Of a stretch of 40,949 nucleotides of DNA, positions 12,715-25,752 are shown piece by piece. The notes beneath the pieces are model-generated. The model did not search any database and was not told the DNA's origin. It worked only from the letters and a program-made list of their open reading frames with translations. Location of the stretch: NCBI GenBank assembly GCA_002245135.1, contig NGBS01000626.1:1-40949 (forward strand), given 5' to 3'. The translations under genes were made by a program, and so were the position numbers. Numbering within the stretch: position 1 is the first letter of the stretch; every line of letters begins with the position of its first letter. The stretch comes from Proteromonas lacertae (lineage: Eukaryota).

Positions 12715-13887
12715 ATGGATTTGTGGTTACTTATTGCTCCTATTTTGTTATTGGCTGTGTTGTTGTTTATAATGTCCTACATTATGATTCAGAATAAAAT
12801 AATACTATTTTTTGATCATTTAAAAGACAAACCAGTGATTCCTGAGAAATACTTTTATATAGACAGTAGATATAAATCCAATTCCAGTGTTATATCCAAA
12901 TCTGATATGGAATGTTTTAAATCAATATACAACATTACGCATGATATGTTGCGTTATGAATATAAAAGATGTGTTGATAAATTATCAACAAATAGAGAGT
13001 GTAATAGAGTCAAATGTTGTAATTGGGAAAGAAATGTGTTTGCATCATATTACACTAAGTTATATTGGTATAAAAATCGAAATAAGCCTTGGAATAAAAG
13101 TGTATATGAAAATTGGAGTTTAGATTATAAAGTATTAATATCAGAGAATAACAGTAATATTAATAATGAAAATAATGAAAATAATAATAATAAAATATAT
13201 TATGATTTATTATTTGGAACTCCAAATGCTCCTCATTTATTAAGTTCTCGAATAGCTATAAGAAATATGTGGGGAAATTATAAATCAATAGACAATTTAA
13301 CAATGAAACATTTATTCTTTATGGGAAAACCAGAAAATGAAATATCAAATGAAACAACTCCATTGAAACACTTAATGATTGAAAATTCGATATATAGAGA
13401 TATAGTAATGTTTGATATAATTAACAATTATAAATATCTAACTGTGAATGTAATTCTATTCTACAATTATATATTGAAATATTACAATTTTCAATATTTT
13501 ATAAGAGTTGATGATGATGTAAGTTTGAATATAAAATTGATACCTTATTTGATATTTAATAAATATAATAGTTGTGAGATAATAGGATATAGTAAAAATG
13601 AACCAAAAGGACCATTTAATATTCTTAAATATGAGATAGTTGAATTAATGAACTCTTCATCATCTTATGTTAGACCATTTTCTGATGCAGAAGATTTATA
13701 TCATGGAATAGTATATAGATTTCATAATAAATCTTTTTGTCATTTATCTGGTATGAGTGAATATACTCATGTGTATAGTAAAACTAATGTGAAAGATTTG
13801 AAATGTATAGCAATTCATAAAATTCCAAGTAGTTTAATGATTTATTATTGGAATAGAGATATGAATGAAAATGTTTTTAATGATTAA
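12715..13887 (+). CDS. Type II membrane glycosyltransferase family 31 (beta-1,3-galactosyltransferase-like)
   Basis: N-terminal TM anchor; RIAIRNMWG, ENSIYRDIV, YKYLT, FIRVDDDV (DxD) and EDLYHG motifs. Confidence 0.8.
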   Translation: MDLWLLIAPILLLAVLLFIMSYIMIQNKIILFFDHLKDKPVIPEKYFYIDSRYKSNSSVISKSDMECFKSIYNITHDMLRYEYKRCVDKLSTNRECNRVKCCNWERNVFASYYTKLYWYKNRNKPWNKSVYENWSLDYKVLISENNSNINNENNENNNNKIYYDLLFGTPNAPHLLSSRIAIRNMWGNYKSIDNLTMKHLFFMGKPENEISNETTPLKHLMIENSIYRDIVMFDIINNYKYLTVNVILFYNYILKYYNFQYFIRVDDDVSLNIKLIPYLIFNKYNSCEIIGYSKNEPKGPFNILKYEIVELMNSSSSYVRPFSDAEDLYHGIVYRFHNKSFCHLSGMSEYTHVYSKTNVKDLKCIAIHKIPSSLMIYYWNRDMNENVFND

Positions 13888-13975
13888 GTTAAATTATTAT
13901 AAAATCATTTATATGAAAATGTTGTTGTTTTTGGTGATTATTATTTATATATATATATAAAGAATTAATAGAAAA

Positions 13976-16900
13976 TTATTCAATATTTAAAGTTTCTTCT
14001 GATAATTCTTTCATTTCTTCTTCTGAAATTCCATTTAATTTGATTGTTCCAATTGTTGAAAACTCTTTTAAAAATGATTTTAATAGAGATTTATCTATAT
14101 TCTTTTTTACTGTTATTGATAATTCATCTAAACAATCAAATACTTCTTTGTTTTCTATTATCAATCTTAATTCACTTTCATCTAATTCATTTCCTGATAG
14201 ATTCATTATTTTTAATGGATAATATTCTTTCAACCTTTCTATTAACATTTTTAATCCTTTTTCACTCATCCCAATATCTATTTAACAATACTATATTCAT
14301 AAAATACTTAAAAGATTTAATGAGTATGGATAACCAGTTATAAATTCATCTAAATATTTACATATTATCTTTATTCCTTCATCTCCAATTGGATTGTTGT
14401 GTATGAGGATATTACTTTCCAAAGAATCTGTTAATTCTCTTAGCCCTTTTGAACTGATTTTATTGTTGGATAAATCAGCTATTTCAAAAAAGATCTGTTT
14501 TATTAATGAAATATGAGAATCTCTGATATTCATATCTATTTCATTATAAACAAATTCTTTATACTAGAAAAATCATAGTATACTACTTGGTCATATGTTA
14601 TATATTTGATACAATAATTCAAATAGTATTCCAATTCTTCATTTGTCCAGGATAAACATTTCATTTTTAGAAATGGATATTCTTCTTTTTCTAATAACTT
14701 TTCACAAATTGATTTTAATCCACTCATTCTTATATTATTTCCGATTAGATTAATCTCACCATCACATTCTTCAATTATATTTGTTATTAACTCTATACTT
14801 TCATCATCAATTGAGATATTATTCAAATTATAATCTATATGAAACATTTTCAAATTCTCTATTAATATTCTTAACCCTTTATTACCTATTGGATTATCTA
14901 TTATACAAAATACTAGAAAATTCTCAATGATATATACCATTAATAACTAAATGACGAATATTTACAATTTCTTTCATATAATTCATCAAATATTCTATTC
15001 CAGACGAATCTATATTATTTTCACTTATATCAAGTAGAATTCCTTCATGAATATTCTTTAAACTATTTACTATATACTTTAATCCAACTGAAGATAAGCT
15101 CATTTCTATTACATATTGAAATACAGTAACAATACTATTACAATTAACTCTATTATAACTATCTTTTAGTAACTGCAAATGTGGAGATAATATTTGCATT
15201 CCTTCATCTCCTATTTCATTTCCATATAATTGAAGATATTGAAGCTTAGATAATGAAAATAAATTGTTAATCAGTATTTTTATACTTTTATAAGTTAGTT
15301 TATTATCTAAATAATAGAAAAGCAAGAATTTATACTACTCAAATCTAAACTTTTTATTTCTCTAAATTCATTTAATCTTAATGAAATGAATGATTTGAAA
15401 ATATCATCATCAATTTCTGAATTACTTAAACTTAGTTCATTATTATAGCTTTTGATGTATTTTATTATTTCTGGAATATTTTCATCAACCAGTAATTCTT
15501 TATTTCCATTAAAATCAAATGATATTTTTGAAATAGAAAATTTGGAGAATAAGGCTTTTAATCCAACATAATGAATATTTTTATTACATGTAATGTCTAT
15601 TTTCTTAAGGTTTGGATATTTATATAATTCTTCTGATAATAATATCATACATTCATCATTTAAATTCATATCATAAAGATTTAACTTGCCAACATTGCCG
15701 ATTAATAAATGCAAATAAAGAAGTAATAATTTGAATCCTTTTGGACCGATTCTTTGATCTATTTCAATAATAAAATAAAAACAGAATAATAAATACATTG
15801 AAGATTTACAAATTTCAAATTCATGAATGGAATTGATTTAACAAATGATTCAATGAAATGATGAGTAAGATTACATTCTAATTCTATCACTTCTAAATCT
15901 AATAACTGAGAAAATAGAGATCCAAATAGAGAATGACATTTGAGAGGAATGAAAAAAGAATCTAAATGAATAAAAGTGATAAAAAGAATACTAAATTTTA
16001 GTTTTGTTGGATTAATCAGTTTCAATATTTTGAAGAAATAATTCAATCCTTCTTCACAGAAACAAATACCATTACGACAAATTTCTATTGTTTCTGTGTT
16101 ATATTGATTATAATCATTATTGAACATCATTTCATCTAAATAAAACTTTTCATTTTCTTTACATTGGTGATGTATTTGATATTTCACTTTATTTTTTATT
16201 GACTTATCCTTTTTGTATAATTTCATCATCAACAGCATTGATAATATTTTTTCATTTGCTTTATTGTTATATGATTCTATCAAACAATCTCGAATATCTT
16301 CCCATCTATTATATTGAAGATAATAATCGAATTTAACTTTGATTGATGATATTTCCATTAGATAATGACTATTGAATAATGTTTCTTTTCTTTCTTCACA
16401 TATCATTAAATAATTATTTTGATCGCTTAATATTTCACTCATTTTCATCATTTCTTTCTTTAACTCTTTCAGACTAATTCTATCTACACTTCTCACTTTA
16501 AACATTCTTTCTGTCATTTCTTTCATCATTTCATCACATTCTACATCCAAACTGTATTTACATCTTAGAATGTTATTTATAGTTTTAATCATATTATCAT
16601 CTTCATTAAATGGTAATTTCTTTAAAATCAATTCATATAATATACAACCAATTGACCAAATTACACTTCTTTCATTACATTCTAATCCACTCAACTCTTC
16701 TGGGCTTTTGAAGCATATATCATACAATCTCATATCATCTTCTTTTCTCAACATATTCAAGTACAAATCACATAATTTTACTTCATCTTCTCTTTCATAT
16801 ATTATGTTACTACTCTTCAAATTACCAACAACTATATCATATCCACTTAAAATTACCAAAGTATTACATATTGAACATATCACATCACAAATATCACCTC

Positions 16901-17266
16901 TTGCGAAGGAATTATTCTTTATCATCTCTTCTAAATCAATTTTATAATATTCTCGAGATATCACCATATAACATCTATTTACATCCAACTGAAACACTTT
17001 TGAAGGATGAATAAACGATAAACAACAATCTAACAACAACAAGTTGTTCTCACAGAATTTTAATACCATTTTTTCTTTTATTCTACTAACATTTAGGATT
17101 TTCATTACATTAATATCGTTTTGATGTTGTAACACCAAATCTACTTCTTTAATACACTTTTTTGCTGTTTCTTTTATCTATAAAAATAAAACTACCACAA
17201 TACTTGAGTTTTTGATGGTAATATTGAAGATAATACATTATCTAGAAAAGATTTTAAGCAAAACAT
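13976..17266 (-). CDS. Pseudokinase (NEK-like fold) plus RI-type leucine-rich repeat protein, multi-exon
   Basis: ATG at 17266, then a 26-nt intron and a kinase fold with VGNLKSSN / KLCDLY / SPEE / IWSIGC. Downstream ORF pieces carry RI-like LRRs (NEIGDEGMQIL, NPIGNKGLRIL, NPIGDEGIKII, MNLSGNELD) split by short introns. Confidence 0.8.
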
Positions 17267-17380
17267 TTTTCAAACTTGTTTGATGTTTCAAAATATATAG
17301 TCGTTTTTCATTTTTATTTATTTACATAGAATATGAAATACATATATATTTTTTAATCAATTACATTTTATAAACTATGC

Positions 17381-19463
17381 TTACATATTCGGATCAAAAG
17401 AAAAACCACGAAAAGGATCTTCTCCATATTCATCTTCAATTGACACATCAAATGCAGTAGAAAACTCACTAGTAACAGCCATATCCGTAAATTCACTAGA
17501 AAAATTCTGAGTATCCAACAAACTACGCAAATCTGGCACAAATGGTGGACTAATTTTCTTATTATACACATCATCCCATTTCACATTAAATTTTTGAAAG
17601 AACACATGGTTCATTATATCGCTTTCACCATTAACACCACTTCCCAATCTACTCTCTTTATCAATACATAATAATCCTCTTAATAACATCAATGCTTCTC
17701 GTGATAAATCATTGGGAATAACATAATCACATTCTTGTATCTTTGTAAATAATCTAGTCCTATTTCTACCAGAAAAGAATGGTGGTAAACCTGTTAATAA
17801 TTCATAGAATAAACATCCTAAGGCCCACCAATCTACTTCTATTCCATAGTTTTCATGCTTAATTATCTCTGGAGCGAGATAGTCTGCACTACCACAGAAT
17901 GTAGTTCCTTCTACAACTCCTTCTTCATTATCACCGATTTTGGCTAATCCAAAATCAGCTAATCGGATGTGACCTTTTTCATCTAGTAATATATTTTCAG
18001 GTTTTAAATCTCTATATAAAATATTAGCTTTATGAAGTGAAATAACTGCTAGAATTACTTCACTTAAATAAAAAACTACTTCATTTTCAGTAAATTTGCC
18101 ATATTTTCTTAAATGAAAATATAATTCACCTCCTGCACAGTAATCTAAGATAAAAAACAATTTATTTTTAGTTTGAAAAGCATAATGTAGTTTTAATATA
18201 AAAGGATGGTTAATCCCTTCCAATATTTTTCTTTCATTTAAAGTATGATCTACTTGTTTTCTTGCTACAACTAATCTTTTAGATATTATTTTCATAGCAA
18301 ATATTCGTTTATCATCATTCTTATTAACTAATAAAACTTTAGCAAAACCACCTTGACCTATAACTTTAATTAAACTAAAATCATTTAAACTTAATTTATT
18401 ATAATTATTTTCATCAAATAACTTTATTGAATTATCATTATTATTATGATATGTATTGAATTTATTAATTTGATTTTGAATTCTATTTTCTATATAGTTT
18501 TTATCATAATTTGAATCTTCATAATTTATATTATGACAATGAATTACTAAGGATCCCCATTCACGATTAGGAGTATGAATCTCAAAACAACATTTGAAAC
18601 GATTGAAATATCGATTATTTGAATTATTTGGACTATTTGAATTTGAATTGATATTTCTTCTGTTTCTACAACAACTAAAACGAAAACTATTTAATATTAC
18701 ATTCATATTTATATTATAATAATAATCAATATTATAATGACATAGTATATAGCTACGATAATAATCTTTAATTATTGCACCTCTCAACGGAACTAATCCT
18801 TTAGGTGTTCTATCTGATTTTTTAGTGTAATATATAAGTGTTCCTTTTTCTGTTATTCTACACCATCTTTTGATTAGCAAATGAGTGATTTTACCACGCT
18901 TAGTTAGAAGATATCGATCATCATCAGGGGATTCACCTTTTTCTAGTAGTGGAGAATGTTCGATCATTTCCATATCATCTTCACTATGTCTTTCTAAATC
19001 AGTTATATTGGAATTATAGGTTGGAATTTGCTCATATTGTGAATGATGACGAAAACGGTGAGGGGCGATTGATTTGAAAAAACGAAAACTGTTAGCTGCA
19101 TAGTCTGGTGCACATTGCTTGGCTGCAGCTTCTATTAAATTGATTAAATTAGATATTTGCTCTTCTGTTGCATCATGAACATGTATGATTATGTTATCAT
19201 GATTTTTTGGAACGAATGATAGTACTAAGCATGGTGAACAAAATTTTGGTTGTTCTACTGTTACATTTCTCATAGATATATGACCAAGTGGTGTTCTATC
19301 ATATTCGCCTTTATAATATATCATATAACCTAAATATAAATATTATAATTACGGGAATACCATCTCTAGATATAGAAAACCATCTAACTACAGCATTTCT
19401 GAAATGCTTCTGCCGTTTTGTTAATGGCCATCGTCTTTCATTATCATCCAAATTATCTAACAT
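17381..19463 (-). CDS. AGC kinase (Akt/SGK/S6K-like) with two PH-like domains
   Basis: ATG at 19463, intron ~19330-19360; two PH-like segments (YYKGEYDRTPLGHI; YYTKKSDRTPKGLVPL); GQGGFAKV, YRDLKPEN, DFG, TFCGSADYLAPE; AGC tail PPFVP...NFSSEF...FRGFSF. Confidence 0.92.
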
Positions 19464-19574
19464 GAGTTAAAATGGATGTATGATATAAAATTTTAAAAAA
19501 TAAGAATGAAACTGGTTCAGAAACTTTTCATAAACCCATTTTCAAACTCTTTCGTTTTTCTCAATATCGTGAAA

Positions 19575-22500
19575 ATGACTTTATTAATATTATATATGTT
19601 AGTGAGTATGGGATATGGATATGTATATATATGTAAATATCACTTACATAGAGTTATTATAACGTTTATAATGATTTTATTCCTACAGAACATTCTGACC
19701 AATTTCCATATGCTGAAAATACAATCCGTATCGAAGGCATTTATGATGCATGTGGAACTATGAAGATGCAGTGTATAACAAAATATCAATAATTATAAAA
19801 ATATAGCTGCTGAATTATCTGCTGGATTATTTCTATGGAGAGATAAAGTAAATAAATATGGAGGTATATGTCTGGAAGGTGATAATCCAGAAACTTGTAC
19901 TTCAAGAGTTCCTGTAAGTGTAGTAATGTGGAGTCAGCCTAATATATGTAGTTATGATAGACAGGTTGATCAATTGCATAACTATTTTCAATCAATCAAT
20001 AAAAGAGATAATACTCAAAAACCACACTTTTTGATTGGAGCTCCAGATTTAATGTATCAAAATTATTCAATTAATGAAATGTCGTTTTTTGGTGGTGCTT
20101 ATAGATCATCAGGAATTAATATTCCCTATTTCATCTATTCTGAGTTTTTATCATTAGATTCAACCATTCACTACGCTTGGTCATTGGTTGGATCATCAAA
20201 GAATAGTTTGTCAAACGTTTTGAAGAAATTCAAAGATATGAGTATAATTATTCATATTATTTATTAAATATATAGATGGTGGGTCTATTCATTATGTTTT
20301 ACTATCAGATAATGAGAATGTCGCTTCTAACTTACAGATGACTATACTATTTAGTGAAATTACAAAAACTTCAGGAGAATATGTATCAATGAAAAGATGT
20401 CAAGATAGAGTATATAGAAATATAATATTTTTATATAGTTATTTGATCCAAATGGTATAAATTGCAATACTTCATCAGACTGTCCATTTCAAAAAATGTG
20501 TGAATTTCCAGTCTTAACCAATCAATTTACCACATCATTTCAAAGAATTTCCTATCTCAGATCATGGGTTAAGAAATTACAAACAATTGTAGCAGATGTT
20601 TTGATTGTTAATTTACATTATCCGTTATTTAGGGAATTTTTGAATTTAATGAGAAATGAGCACTTGTATTATAAAGCAGTTGTTCATTTAGAAAGTTATC
20701 AAGTAACCAGTATTATATTTATATTATTATCTTTATTTTCTTTTAATAGCCATGTCATCCTTTTCTAATGATTTAATTTACATTTTATTACCATTCAATC
20801 CATCAAAATACAACATAGAAGAGCCAAATTATAGAAATATAGGATATTATTACAACAATAGAACTGAAATCATCAAATATTTTAAAGATACTAATAGAAT
20901 ATTCCATTCGTATATTCCTGATTATTTCATTTTTGGTATTTTAACAGGAATTATAATCAATGAAGTTATTAGAGATATATCATTCAATATATTCGATTAT
21001 AATTATACTTATAAAGAATTCAGTGAAATCCATGATGTTATTAATGATATATCATTTACAAATGATTTTGGTAGAATTCAATTTAATAGAGAATCCCATG
21101 AATTGAATGATGTTCCATTATCATTATTTCAAATTATAAATGGATCTTTGATTAATGATTCATATCAATATCCTGCAGTTTATGATTGGATACCTCCAGT
21201 ATATATATATATATATATTTCTTGTTTTTTTTTGAATTTAATCATTTTATTTATTTTATATATTGTATATATTATAGAAAGTTTTATTACAACCGCATGG
21301 ATCAACTTATCAAATATTATTACTAATAATCATTACAATCAATTCGTTAATATTTCTCTATTCATTCTTTTACCCAAAATATTCCCCATTTTGTTTCGGT
21401 CATAACCTATTTTTATTCAGTTTGATTTCTAATATTTGCTTTTATGTTGGTTATTATATCTATATAACTGATCATTCTGAATTTGGATGTAAATTTTTTT
21501 ATTTGATGACTCCAGTATCAATATTTGTTGAATATATGTATATTTTTTATTTTTATTATATATATATTTATATTAAAATAGAACTGTTTGCTGTGGTATC
21601 TATATGGAAATATATCATCACATTTATTCACCAGCAATCATACGATATTCCTGGACTTGTATATTTCTATTCATCTTATACTTCGTCATTTTAATGACAT
21701 TTACAATCTTTAAAGATGATAATATTACATTCATTGAGAAAGGAATTACATATGATAGTAGTGGTAATATGGAGATGTATATGATCTGCAGACCTCCATC
21801 TGTGTATACTTCAATTATAATTGGATGTGTATATTGATGATTATAATATATATTTATATATAGGTTGTTTCTGCATTTATTATATCTTATCCAACTTATA
21901 TGGCCTATAAAGGAAAGTTGTACTTTACTCTATATTCAAAACACTTAATATCATTATTGTATATATTATTATTATTATATTATATGTAGTATAATAATGA
22001 ATATTGTTTCTATTATATATTTAATTGGTATTTTAATACAAGATGTAAATAGTCCTTCTATTTATAAAGTTACATTCTTTCTCAATTATTTTGGTAATAT
22101 TATATTGTTTATACCATTTTATTATATTCTAATTGTATATATATAATTATTATTTTTTGTTTATATATATATAGACAAGGTATAAAATATCAGAACAGAT
22201 ATCAGAAGATAGACAATCCATTTTGAGTAAAATGAGATCTGTTAAAACGACTATATTATTGAAACTCTTTTTTATTGATACACCATTACAGAATATTATT
22301 AATTTCTATATTGAAGTTGAACAATATAAGATAGTCAGTGATTGTGAAATAGAGAAAGTTGGTAGAAATTTATATAATAAATATTTAAACTCTGAAAGTC
22401 CTCAGTTTCTGTCATTTATCCCAACAGATAGATTGAATCAAATAACTGAACAGTTGGAAAGTAGTGGTTATGTATAATAAAATAATATATATATTTATAT

Positions 22501-22893
22501 ATATAGAATCCATTAATATTCCATCAAATTCAATCAGATATATCAATTGAATTAGAAAAAGTTAACTTTTGGGAACAATTCTTACTTAGTAAATTTGGAG
22601 AGATTTATTACGATTCTCATTTCTATATTTCCTATTTCTCTGAGTTAGAACAACCATTTATACAAGCTATTGTGAATATATTGAGCCAAGAGAGTAATTA
22701 CAAAGAACATAGGTATTTGGTTGAAGATATTTCAATGACTCCTCAACCAAGCCAAACTTTATTCCAAAGAATGCCTAGTCATACAAGTAAAAGTATTTAT
22801 AGTCGTAATAAGAAGAAAGCAAGTGTTTTTGGCAAAGGATCATCGTATTATCATTCCAATATGTCTTTTCAATCTGAAAATAACTTTGTATGA
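19575..22893 (+). CDS. Receptor-like protein: signal peptide, periplasmic-binding-protein (Venus flytrap) ectodomain, multiple TM helices, C-terminal RGS domain
   Basis: Manual splicing gives MTLLILYMLVSMGYGY...TIRIEGIYDACGT...ELSAGLFLWRDKVNKYGGI...HFLIGAP (PBP1-type) and FTNDFGRIQFN; hydrophobic exons ~21280-22140; RGS-like NIINFYIEVEQYK...NLYNKYLNSESPQFL...IFHQIQSDISIELEKVNFWEQFLLS. Confidence 0.72.
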
Positions 22894-22939
22894 TTATGTA
22901 TATGAATATTTTTGTATAATTTATTTATTATTATACATT

Positions 22940-22947
22940 TGTTTGTT
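22940..22947 (+). terminator. TGTTTGTT putative polyadenylation-site motif
   Basis: Exact TGTTTGTT 47 nt after the stop at 22893; the same motif occurs after other + strand genes (24656, 34717, 37408). Confidence 0.55.
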
Positions 22948-22967
22948 GAAAAATGACAATTACATAA

Positions 22968-24575
22968 ATGACATGTCAGAAACTGAGAATGACAACATCT
23001 CAATTTTCTTTGAATTCAGAGATTGATTTGGGTAAAGAATATGTTAAATCAACATTTAATAATGTGGTAGATTTATGTATACATTTAAATTTAACAAAAT
23101 AGTCGTTTTGGATGAAAATACTGTGTATATTGCATTATTAACAAAAACAAATTTGAAAATACTAGAATTGACTGTAGCTAAGAATGAAATGAAGGTTTTA
23201 AAAGAATTTGAGAATGATCAGTATAATTTTCTATTTTTTATAACATTAGCTGTTTAATATTACATTGGTGTGAATCTAAAATACCATTATTATCAGTTTG
23301 TCAAGAAGTATCAATATTATTCTATAAATGTGATTCATCCTCTTTATTTACTCAAATATCAAAGATAACTACTGATAAACCTATATTAAAATACATATTT
23401 ATAGAATCCAAAATAATTATACTTACAAATGAATTATTACTCACATATATACCAACTTCTGATTATTTATCATTTTCATTAGTTTCAAAGATTTCAACAT
23501 CTGTATTTAACCAAAGAATAATAAATATTTGTGAAAACATGAATAATTCATTCATTTGTTGTTCAAATCAAGAAATTTACTATTCGATACAAAATGATAA
23601 TAATAAACATAAATCATATTTAATTTGTGATGATAATAATAATTATTATAAGAAAAATAGAAGTTGTAATTTAGTGTTTGGAGATATATCTCATTTGCTC
23701 TCTTTCAATTCTGATCTTAATTTATTCATTATTGTTTCAGATAAATTATTAAAAGAAATAATCTCAGAATATAACAAAGATGAATGTTTAAATGAAGTGA
23801 TCAATGAAATGAAGAAGATTGAATCGAAGAGAGGAAAAAAGAATGATAAGTTAAGTGAAGAATTAGATATTGATGACTTAGATGACAAAGATGATGATAT
23901 GTTAGAGGTAATTATTCCACAAAAGAAACCAATAATGACAAATTCTAATAAATCTCCATTGTTATCATCATTGTTATTGATAAATAATAATAATAATAAT
24001 AATAACAAAGAAAAGAGTAATGAAAAAGTGAATAGTTGTGTGAAAATATCTGTTTTTCAGTTAATAAAGTATTATATATATATTTATATTAATATTATAG
24101 GGATGAGGATGAAAGCAATAATAGTAGAATATTATATACTATGGATTTAGATTCAAAGATAACCACAATTAAGAATATTCAACTGAAATATCCTTATATA
24201 TATGTAGAAATAGAGAATAAGATTCAAATTTTTGTGTATGAGAATTATATTATTCGTTTACTCAATACAATTAAAACAAAGGAAAGAATTAGATATTTTT
24301 GTGATATTAATGAAGGTAGTATTGTTGTTTTAACTGGAATAAAATGCTCAATTCCAACATTCTTCACATCCAAGTATGAAGAGTATAATCTGAAATTGTG
24401 TGTATATACTAATAAAAAGGAAAGTACTGAAAAAGAGGAAATAAATGGCTATAAAGATATTGCCGTATATTTAAAGGAATTAAATAACAAAATGGACAGA
24501 ATTGTTGAAAAAGTGGATTGCTTATCTGCTAGACTGGATAATATTGAATCAAAGCTTGATGGTTGTAATAAATAA
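22968..24575 (+). CDS. Beta-propeller-like protein with C-terminal coiled coil (WDCP/C2orf44-like), multi-exon
   Basis: Exons join through introns at ~23077-23102, ~23221-23249 and ~24069-24100. The C-terminal ERIRYFCD...VVLTGIKCSIPTFFTSKYEEYNLKL resembles the WDCP propeller end as recalled, followed by a heptad coil (LKELNNKMDRIVEKVDCLSARLDNIESKL). Confidence 0.45.
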
Positions 24576-24686
24576 AAAGCATGGTTATTTAGTTAAAATT
24601 TGAATATTCGTTTTATCGAAAAAAATACCCCATAATTCAAAATCTTAAAAATAGCTGTTTGTTTTTGAAATTAAAATCGTTAAATA

Positions 24687-25693
24687 ATGAGTAATCTCTT
24701 TCAGTCTCCTGCTTTTCTAACTAAAATATTAGGAAACGCATTTGGTAGTGAGAGTGCCAACACACAAAACCTTCTTAAAACACCGTATCAATATATTTGT
24801 ATTTTACTTATTTAGAACTAAACAATGGAAGTTATCTGACTTTGAAATAGCTAGAAGCATCGGTTCAGGTAGATTTGGAAGAGTCTACCTGGCTAGAGAA
24901 AAATCAACAGGTTGTATTGTAGCTATAAAAGTTTTATCAAAGAATGAACTAATGAAATGCCATATGGAACAACAATTAAGGCGTGAAATTGAAATACAGA
25001 CACATCTAAGGTATAAATTGTAATAATTATGATTCTGTAGGCATAAGAACATAGCAAGACTATATACATACTTTTGGGATGAAAAAAGAATATATTTAGT
25101 AATAGAATATGCACCAAAAGGAGAGTTATATGGAGTTCTTCAAAAAGTACATAGATTTCCAGAAGAAAAAGTAGCTTATTATATTAAAACATTAGCAGAA
25201 GCTTTACACTATTGTCACACAAAGCATGTAATTCATAGAGATCTAAAGCCTGAGAATCTGTTAATTGGTTGGGATGATGAATTAAAATTAAGTGATTTTG
25301 GATGGTCTGTTCATAGTATAACAAGCAGAAGAAATACATTATGCGGTACACTTGATTATTTACCACCAGAAATGATACAAGGAAATGATTATGATAATAC
25401 TGTTGATACATGGTGTTTAGGTGTATTAATGTATGAATTATTGGTTGGACATGCTCCATTTGAAGCAGAAGGACAAACTAAAACATATAAAAGAATTGTT
25501 TCTATAGATTTAAAAATACCATCACATATATCTGATTTAGCAAAAGATTTGATTAAAAAAGTATAAACTATTTATCATTATTTTATATACATAGATATTG
25601 AGAAAGGATCCAAAGGAAAGAATAAAAATGGAAGATATTCCAAACCATCCATGGATTAAGACTATGCTAGAGAATAGAGAAAATACAAAGTAA
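24687..25693 (+). CDS. Aurora kinase
   Basis: [76 protein letters not shown]; three ~30-nt introns (~24786-24816, 25011-25040, 25561-25593). Confidence 0.95.
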
Positions 25694-25752
25694 GAAATTT
25701 TAGTGTAAATAAGTTTTAAAATATCTTAATAATCTATATTTAGTTTTATAAA

